A stretch of 64,000 nt of DNA from the human T2T-CHM13v2.0 reference genome, Homo sapiens. How positions within the stretch are numbered: the first letter of the stretch is position 1; the number at the start of each line of letters is the position of its first letter. Below the pieces are notes generated by a model. That model was given only the letters and a program-made list of their open reading frames with translations, did not search any database and was not told the DNA's origin. Below are positions 51,467 to 64,000 of this stretch, one piece after another. The position numbers were made by a program, and so were the translations under genes. The stretch lies in the NCBI RefSeq assembly GCF_009914755.1, contig NC_060936.1; one strand, written 5' to 3'.

Positions 51467-51896
51467 GGAGTCTAGCTCTGTCACCCAGGCTGCAGTGGTG
51501 CGATCTTGGCTCACTGCAACCTCCACCTCCCAGGTTCAAGCAATTCTCCTGCCTCAGCCTCCTGAGTTGCTGGGATTACAGGCCATGCCACCACACCTAG
51601 CTAATTTTCGTATTTTTAGTAGAGACGGGGTTTTACCATGTTGGCCAGGCTGGTCCCGAACTCCTGACCTCAGGTAATCTGCCTGCCTCGGCCTCCCAGG
51701 GTGCTGGGATTATAGGTGTGAGCCACCACACCCAGCCAGTTTAGGACAGTGTCTGCCCATGGTAGGGGCTGTAACTGTTAGGTATCACTGAAACACAAAT
51801 CAAATAAATTTACAAATGCAGTTTAAAACGCTTACAGTTGTTTCATTAAGTCTGAGTGGAATCAACCCTTAAGCAAAGCCTCCCATAAAACAGGCT
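51153..51896. repeat. Inverted repeat, arms ~51153-51279 and ~51779-51896
   Basis: Reverse complement of the right arm matches the left arm at 46 of the outer 50 nt and stays alignable for ~120 nt. Confidence 0.9.
51280..51785 (+). mobile_element. MIR interrupted by an antisense AluSx-like element (51427-51737)
   Basis: tagctatatgact...cctcagtttccctgtat...gagaattaaaggagttaat [Alu] ttaggacagtgtctgccca. Confidence 0.7.
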
Positions 51897-52413
51897 AGTA
51901 AAATTTTCTCTAGAAATAGCCCAAAAAGTTTTATAAAAGTGACTTAAAAGGTTGAAGGAAAACCTTGGATTGTAAATTTGTTATTCCAATAAGTGAAATA
52001 TTGCTTAGGGAAAAAAAGTGGTGCATAGTAATTTTTTGTTTGTTTGTTTGTTTGTATACCAAAGTTGTTCTCTGGACATTAGAAAATCCACAAAAACAAA
52101 ATTAATTTCCGAGGAGCCCTGGCATGTCTTAGTTTCTGGGACTTCTGAGAGGACCATGGGTGTAGCATGGGGGAGCTTGCTTAATGGATGTGGCCCTGAG
52201 CCCAAGTCCCCTCCCACCTACCAGTGAACCTTAGCAACTCCACTTAGATCAGTTTTCTATATTGGATTTCAACCTAAGATTATAGCTTTTGGAGGGTTGT
52301 AGTCCAGTAAAGTTTCAAAAATCTTGTTTTATTTGGATGACTGTATAATTTTTAGTTTTTTTTTTTTTTTTTACTTTGAGCATCATTATTTCAAAGGTAG
52401 TATATCTTATTAA

Positions 52414-52715
52414 TTTTTTTTGTTGTTGAGACAGGGTCTCACTCTGTTGCTCGGGCTGAAGTGCAGTGGCACAATCACTGCTTTCTCACTGCAGCCTCAA
52501 CTTCCTGGGCTAAAGTGATCCTCCCACCTCAGCCTCCCAAGTAGCTGGGACTACAGGCATGTGCAACCATACCCGGTTAATTTTTTTTTTTTTCCCCCCA
52601 TAGGGACAGGGTTTCGCCATGTTGCCCAGGCTGGTCTGGAACCTCCTGAGCTCAAGCGATCCACTTCAGCCTCCCAAAGTGTTGGGATTACAGGTGTCAG
52701 CCACCGTGCCTGGCC
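52414..52715 (-). mobile_element. Alu (AluJ-like)
   Basis: Antisense dimer. Confidence 0.88.
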
Positions 52716-53040
52716 AGTAGCATGTCATTTAACCAAAGCTCACAATATTTAACTCCGTACAGGACAAGAATAGGAAAGTCAGCATACGAATTACAATGAT
52801 GATGCTCTGATACAGACCCAAGTGCCAGACCAGAATGGGGCTCTCTCTTACCACACAAGTGATTATTGCAAACTAGGAAGCACTCATTTCTCTGCAGGGA
52901 TGAGAGCAGAGCGTCAAATTAAATCAAATAGTCATTGAGCAGCATTCACCGGTGTCTGGCATTTAGAAGGAGCTCCTTGATTATTTGATTTGATTTGATG
53001 CTGAATTCTCATCAGTTCCTAAACTTTGCCTTCTTAAGAG

Positions 53041-53568
53041 CAGGGGTGGGCCAGGTGCTGTGGTTCATGACTGTAATCCCAGCACTTTGGGAGGCCTAGG
53101 TGGGTGGATTACTTGCGGTCAGGAGTTCGAGACCAGCCTGGCCAACATGACAAAACCTAAAAACACAAAAATACAAAAATTAGCTGGGTGTGGTGGTGGG
53201 CGCCTGTCATCCCAGCTACTGGGGAGGCTGAGGCAGGAGAATTGCTTGAACCAGTGAGGCACGGAAGTTGCAGTGAGCCAAGATCATGCCATTGCACTCC
53301 AGCCTGGGCAACAGAGCAAGACTCCGTCTCAAAAAAAAAAAAAAAACAGAGGTGGGCAAACTTTTCCTGTAAAGGACCAGGTAGTGAATATTTTAGGCTT
53401 TGCAGGTCATGAGGTCTCTATTGCAACTACTCAATCCTGCTATTGTATCACAAAAGCAGCCATACATAAATAAACGGGCCAGGCTGGGTTTCAGTAAAAC
53501 TTTATATATAAAAAAAAAAAAAGTGGTGGGTTCAATTTGCCCTGCAGGCACTAGTTTGCTGACTGCTG
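53041..53568 (+). mobile_element. MER58A with an Alu (53049-53346, +) inserted in its left end
   Basis: ggcaaacttttcctgtaaaggaccaggtagtgaatattttaggctttgcagg...tagtttgctgactgctg. Confidence 0.85.
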
Positions 53569-53649
53569 CTTTAGAGCAATGCTTCTCAAACTCTTTTGAC
53601 TAGGAATATATTAGATTATTGCTCAACAGATCGTTGTTTTGTATCTAAC

Positions 53650-54400
<751 letters not shown>

Positions 54401-54500
54401 TACAAACATGGTCAATAAGAAACAAATCATGCCTTGTGATTCAGATTCATAAACATTATTTTCTTCACAATGGCAGAAACTGAGCAAAAACTTTTTGTAG

Positions 54501-55062
<562 letters not shown>

Positions 55063-55124
55063 ACTTTGATGTTGTCTATTCTAATATAATCTATTACATT
55101 GTTTAAATGGGGGAATAGAAAGTG

Positions 55125-56733
<1,609 letters not shown>

Positions 56734-56734
56734 A

Positions 56735-56890
56735 GATGGAAGAGGAGGGGTGGGGAGGAGAGGGGAGGAGAGGGAAGGGAGAAAGGCAGAGAGACAAAAG
56801 GGGGAGGGAGGGAAGGAAAGAAGGAAGGGAGGGAGAGAGGAAGGGAGAAAGTTAGGCAGACAAAAGGGGGAGGGAGGGAGGGAGAGAGGC
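56735..56890. repeat. GA-rich low-complexity tract
   Basis: (GGGA/GGAA)n with a duplicated aggcaga..caaaagggggagggaggg block. Confidence 0.85.
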
Positions 56891-57859
56891 TAAAGCGCAG
56901 ACTGGCCTGGGACTGGGTTGTGGGGGATGTGTGGTTAGCAGAAGCAGAAGCAGTGGCCACACTGTGGGAGGTCTCCTAGGCCGCAGTATAGAGTGTGCCT
57001 TTTGTTGTCATGGCCATGGGCAGCCACTGGAGGATTTTAAGCAGAAGTGTGATATGATCTTATTATAAACAGCTCTGGCCCTTCTGTGGAGACTGGGCTG
57101 GGGGTAGGGGCAAGCCTTGTCTGGGGAACTCTTAAGTATCACAAAGGTTCACATGAGAGATTCTGTGTCTTGTACTCGGTCACAGCAGTGAGGAATGACA
57201 TGTCATGGTCCACAAGCAGGCTCCATCCTTCTCTTCACCTTTGACCCATCCTCAACTCCTCCCCACCCCCTCCAGCTTCATTTCCAAGGGAAGGGGATTA
57301 CACTAGCCAAGATCATCTTTAAAATTCAGCCTATTTCCTTTGCTGGGTTTAGAAATGGAACTGCCTTACTCCATTCAACATCTCATGTGGTGGAGCAGAG
57401 AAGCATGAAAGGGGCATGTGGGAGATAAGACAGTGACTTTCCCAGACCACAGTCAGTGCACCCAATGCAACTAGACTGTAGCCAACTGAGGTTTTGAGGC
57501 CAGAAAGGCCAAAAGTGAAAGCTCTTTTCTTGACCTTTCAGTTACCGTTAGGAAGTAACTGCACATTCATGATATTTGGAAAGAGAGCTGCAAGGAATCA
57601 AAAGGAAACACCACATTCACTTTCATTACCCCCTGGAGATGAATCACTAATCCTTGTGCAAGGCACCCGGACCTGTGCATCAACTGATTCTCCACGGATG
57701 CTGGAGTTCCTGCTTCTGGGGGCCGATTAATGACATTGCCCAGAAAGTGTCACTCAACATGGCCAGTCAGTGTTCAGCTAAAACACTAACAAAAAAGTGT
57801 TCTCACTGAAGTGGGTGTAAACTCTCTCCTGGGGGAAAATTCAGCTGTTGTGGGTGTCA

Positions 57860-59131
<1,272 letters not shown>

Positions 59132-59396
59132 CAAGCCCCCACTGCCATGAGCAGAGATGACTGTGGCCATCAGAGAGGAGGATAAATTACAGCCTTGTCC
59201 ACAGCAAGGAGAAGCCAGAGGTGATGGCTCCAGTGAGACAGACAGCTATATCTAAACTTCTATTGCTATTGTTCAAACTTCCTTTAGAAATCAATTTACA
59301 AAGAGACGATGCTGTACTATTTCAGATACTACCTGGAGGATGCACATAAACCAAGATTAGGATTCGTTAATAAGGCATTCCAGGCAAAAGTAGACC

Positions 59397-59700
59397 TTTT
59401 TTTCCCCTTTTTGAATTTTAGAGCCAGGGCTTTGCTGGATCACCCAGGCTGGAGTGCAGTGGTGCAATCATAGCTCATTGTAACTTTAAACTCCTGGGCC
59501 AAGTGATCCTTTTGCCTCAGCCTTCTGAGTAGCTGGGATTTCGAGTGCACACCACCATGCCCAGCTAATGCTTTTGGTTTTTGCAGAGACAGTGTCTTGC
59601 TATTTTGCCCAGGCTGGTCTTGAACTCCTAGGCTCAAGTGATCCTCCTGCCTTGGCCTCCCAAAGTGTGGGATTACAGGCATGAATCATCATGCCCAGCC
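59397..59700 (-). mobile_element. Alu (AluJ-like)
   Basis: Antisense dimer. Confidence 0.88.
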
Positions 59701-59844
59701 AGAAGTAAACATTTTTGACTAGATGTCTTGAATAAGACCACGTCTGATACGTACAAATAGATCAAGAAAAGTCTAGAATTATTCCATTAGCCACATTTCT
59801 ATAGCATCATTACTGGCTAATTAGTGTAACTAATAATAATAGTA

Positions 59845-60045
59845 GTAGTTAATATTTATTCAGTGCTTGGTATGTGCCAGGCACTAATGTCTGGTTCTAA
59901 GCGTCTTACCTGTATGATCTCAGGTCATCCTCATGGTCCCTGCTTTGTACAGATGGGGCAACCTGGACACTCAGAGGTTAAGTAACTTGCCCCTGGTCAT
60001 TTAGCTGGTCTGTCTGGTTCCAGAACTTGTGCTCTTTGCCACCTC
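59845..60045 (-). mobile_element. MIR
   Basis: atatttattcagtgcttggtatgtgccaggcact...agaggttaagtaacttgccc. Confidence 0.8.
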
Positions 60046-60107
60046 ACTGGAGGTTCATTATCATTCACTCTATAGCCTTTAGAACATTCTATATAAAAAA
60101 TAAAATG

Positions 60108-60365
60108 GGCCCAGCGTGGTGGCTCATGCCTGTAATCCCAGCACTTTGGGAGGCCAAGGCAGGCAGATCATGAGGTCAAGAGATCGAGACCATCCTGGCT
60201 AACACGGTGAAATCCTATCTCTACTAAAAATACAAAAAATTAGCCGGGCATGGTGGTGGGCGCCTGTAGTCCCAGCTACTCGGGAGGCTGAGGCAGTGAG
60301 CTGAGATTGTGCCACTGCACTCCATCCTGGGTGACAGAGCGACACTCTGTCTCAAAAAAATAAAA
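60108..60365 (+). mobile_element. Alu (Y/Sc-like) with an internal deletion
   Basis: gggaggctgaggcag joined to tgagctgag through gcag microhomology. Confidence 0.88.
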
Positions 60366-60483
60366 TGAGTTGTATATACTTCACATTGCAGAGTGTGGGA
60401 TGAGTTCTTTACAACCAGTTCTGCAGTGATCCTCTAAATCCCTAGTTAATAAATCTCTCAAGTGTTTGTATGAGTGTGTGTAT

Positions 60484-60503
60484 TGTCTGTCTGTCTGTCT
60501 GTG

Positions 60504-60543
<40 letters not shown>
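60484..60543. repeat. Compound tetranucleotide STR [TGTC]4 TGTG [TATC]10
   Basis: Counted directly. Confidence 0.95.
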
Positions 60544-60544
<1 letters not shown>

Positions 60545-60591
60545 GGAACAACATATATTTTTTCTACTGTATGAAAAAACACCTAAATTAG

Positions 60592-60741
60592 GGCCAGGCA
60601 CAGTGGCTCATGCCTGTAGTCCCAGCATTTTGGGAGGCTAAGGTGGGAGGATGACTTGAGCCCAGAGTTAAAGACCAGCCTGGGCAACATGGCAAGACCC
60701 CCGTCTCTACAAAAAATAAATTTTTTAAAAAAAGGAAAAAA
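60592..60741 (+). mobile_element. Alu monomer (FLAM/AluJ left arm)
   Basis: gacttgagcccagagtt...gcaagacccccgtctct. Confidence 0.8.
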
Positions 60742-60784
60742 CATGTAAATTACTAAAGTTAAGGTTCCAGTGCCCAAAGCGTTA

Positions 60785-61297
60785 GGATATTAGTTAGGAT
60801 ACTAGTTTGGCTACTGTTGGAAAGGTCAGAATAACAGTAGCTTAAACAAGTGGAAGTTTATCTTCTGTCCTGTAATTCAGTCAGAGCATCAACAGTCCAA
60901 GGCTAATGCGGGGGCTCCACAATCACGGAAATTCAAATTTCTTCCACCTTGATTTTCCATTATCCTCAACAGAAGTCTTCCACCTCATGGTTGAAGATTG
61001 CTGCTCCAGGTCCTGCCATCATAGCTGTATCCCAGCCTGCAGAAAGGGGAGAAGGAAGAAGTGAGGGTGTTATCCTTTTCCTTTAAGGTCATGGACCAGA
61101 AGTGGTACTTATCACTTTTGCCCAGATCACGTCGCCTACATCAGTTCAAATGTATTTCTAACCTCAACCAAGTGCAAGGGAGGCTAGAAAATAGTTTTTA
61201 GTGGAACAGTCATGGATCTGGCTAAGATTCAGAGGCTATGTTATTAAACGAAGAAGTGAAGATCAGCTGTTAGGGGATAACCTGCTCTATTGCCACT
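60785..61297 (-). mobile_element. Old MLT1 (J/K-like) LTR
   Basis: ataacagtagcttaaacaagtggaagttta; aagattgctgctccagg; tgcaagggaggctagaaaat. Confidence 0.65.
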
Positions 61298-61794
61298 GGG
61301 ACAAAATCAAGTAAAAAGACCTTGTGTAGAATTCTGCCTTGATAAGGCTTATTGCTCTTTGAATGTGAGCCATTTTGTATCCACATTAAAAATTTTACAA
61401 TTTTCTATGCCTTTTAAGAACACAAGGGATCTAGTGGTTATTGGTGTTTACAATATGAACATTTGCAGGGGAACATTGTTTAACAAAGAAGCTAAACACT
61501 TAATGGATGATGATGCCAATCTATGCTCCAGTTCCCACTTAGGTTGTCCACATAAAAAAGTTAAAATCGATGCACAAGAGAGTCCCAGGAAGCACACAAA
61601 CTTGATGCCCCTGCAGCATAGGACATAAGGTTTTAATGGATTTAGTCCTTTTTGATCAGCAATTCAGCAAATTCACTTGAATATGGAATAGATTGATTTC
61701 TGTACAATGCTAGAAACAGCAGGATCACATCTTTTGCAACCCCCCACCTGCCACATTCAAACTCAGATGTTTGGCTTCAACATTTATACGATAA

Positions 61795-62115
<321 letters not shown>

Positions 62116-62181
62116 GCCTGGAACTATTTCTTCACCTTTTTTACTCTGGTCTGAATGACTGGTTCAGATTACATCAGAGTG

Positions 62182-62913
<732 letters not shown>

Positions 62914-63239
62914 AGTGCATATTGGTATCAGCATTCAAGAATCTACTGGCTCATAAAACTGAGCTATTTAATATTAAGATCAATACAAGGTCTACTTGAT
63001 GACCCACAAGCATAATGTAGTTTATAGGTTCATGTCCAAGTTCTGTGGAGTAAAATGAATGTTATAAAATTATAGGCTTGTCAACATGACCCTAAAACAA
63101 CCGGTCAATTTAATAAACGAATAGATGAAAATCTATCAAATAAGTTGTTAGAAAATTACCTTGTATAAGGCCATACAGCAAAACAACTGAATTTTTCACT
63201 CATCAGCTAGTTAATTGGGCCTTGTGAAGACATAGGCAG

Positions 63240-63960
63240 AAAGAACGATAAAACTAGGGGCCCAGGAAGTTATGTCCAGTCTCCTGTCTGTGGTCAGGTC
63301 AATACTTCATGTATAAAAATACACGAAAGTTGCTAAAAAGCAAACTTGAGTAAAGGGAATTGAACCATCTTCCTCTGAAGTCTGTTCCAGGTTCCAATTA
63401 GGAATGCTTTCTTATTCATAACCATCCTTGTGCTGCAATCACAGCCTATTTCCTATAATTTGCTCCTCCATGGAGATGGAAAACAGCTGGCCATTTTTCT
63501 CTTTGTGATAATCTTTCTCATGCTCAAATCAAGGCACACTTAATCTTCTCTTTTCCACGTTGAATAACTCAAACTCTTTTATCTGTTTTCAGAAGATCTT
63601 TTTATTTTCCAGCGATTGTTCTGGCTTTTCTGTGGATTTCTCCATGTCTCTTCTTAAAATGCAGGGCCTTACACTGAAGACTTTAAAACGGCCTCGTTGG
63701 GTCTGAGGAATACTGAAAGATTCATTCTCAACCTTTGTCTCTCATTATCTAGACCACGGGCCATGTTTATGTTTTAGTCTCTGGTGGCCATCAGGTCATT
63801 CCTATGACCCTAACGTCTCAACCAGTTTTTCCCCAATAAGAATTTCATTCTGCTCTTGGAAAACCACTTCTCTTGTTTGTCGAGGTAACTTAGGACATGA
63901 TTTCCTACCTCCAGTTTACTAACAAGTCATCCCAACTTGGTGTCCTCTGCGACCAATAAA
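63240..63960 (-). mobile_element. L3/CR1 ancient LINE relic
   Basis: cttctcttttccacgttgaataac, cttcttaaaatgcagggcc and cccaacttggtgtcctctgc resemble antisense CR1 ORF2. Confidence 0.5.
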
Positions 63961-64000
63961 CATATTCTGAATGAATTACTCCAGCCTCAGACAGGGATTG

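Noticed and set aside
61290-61628. 112-aa ORF with protein-like stretches (DLVVIGVYNMNIC, CPHKKVKID)
   Set aside because: TTG start, no supporting splice sites, only a vague likeness to a LINE endonuclease motif; needs tBLASTn or PhyloCSF before any claim

Overview
This is human genomic DNA, not microbial: a near-consensus AluYa5 at 22884-23186 points to the human lineage. I see no recognisable protein-coding exon, rRNA, tRNA or CRISPR array, and most ORFs in the track are Alu, LTR or microsatellite translations. The window is a dense mosaic of transposable elements: about 53 Alu copies or fragments, many MaLR/ERV LTRs in both orientations (which suggests intergenic or lncRNA territory), L1M/L2/L3/MIR relics and DNA-transposon relics. 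Best-supported items are a solo LTR12C (44792-46398) nested inside two Alus, a solo MER41B (19137-19770) with both STAT1 GAS motifs intact, a complete THE1D element, a full-length 7SL retrocopy and a young AluYa5. Two structures are not explained by routine annotation: a ~120-bp non-Alu inverted repeat bracketing a MIR+Alu (51153-51896), and a tail-to-tail Alu pair 8 bp apart that shares unusual variants and one flanking direct repeat (7572-8243). Subfamily names and boundaries of old repeats are by-eye estimates. I could not place the locus on a chromosome.
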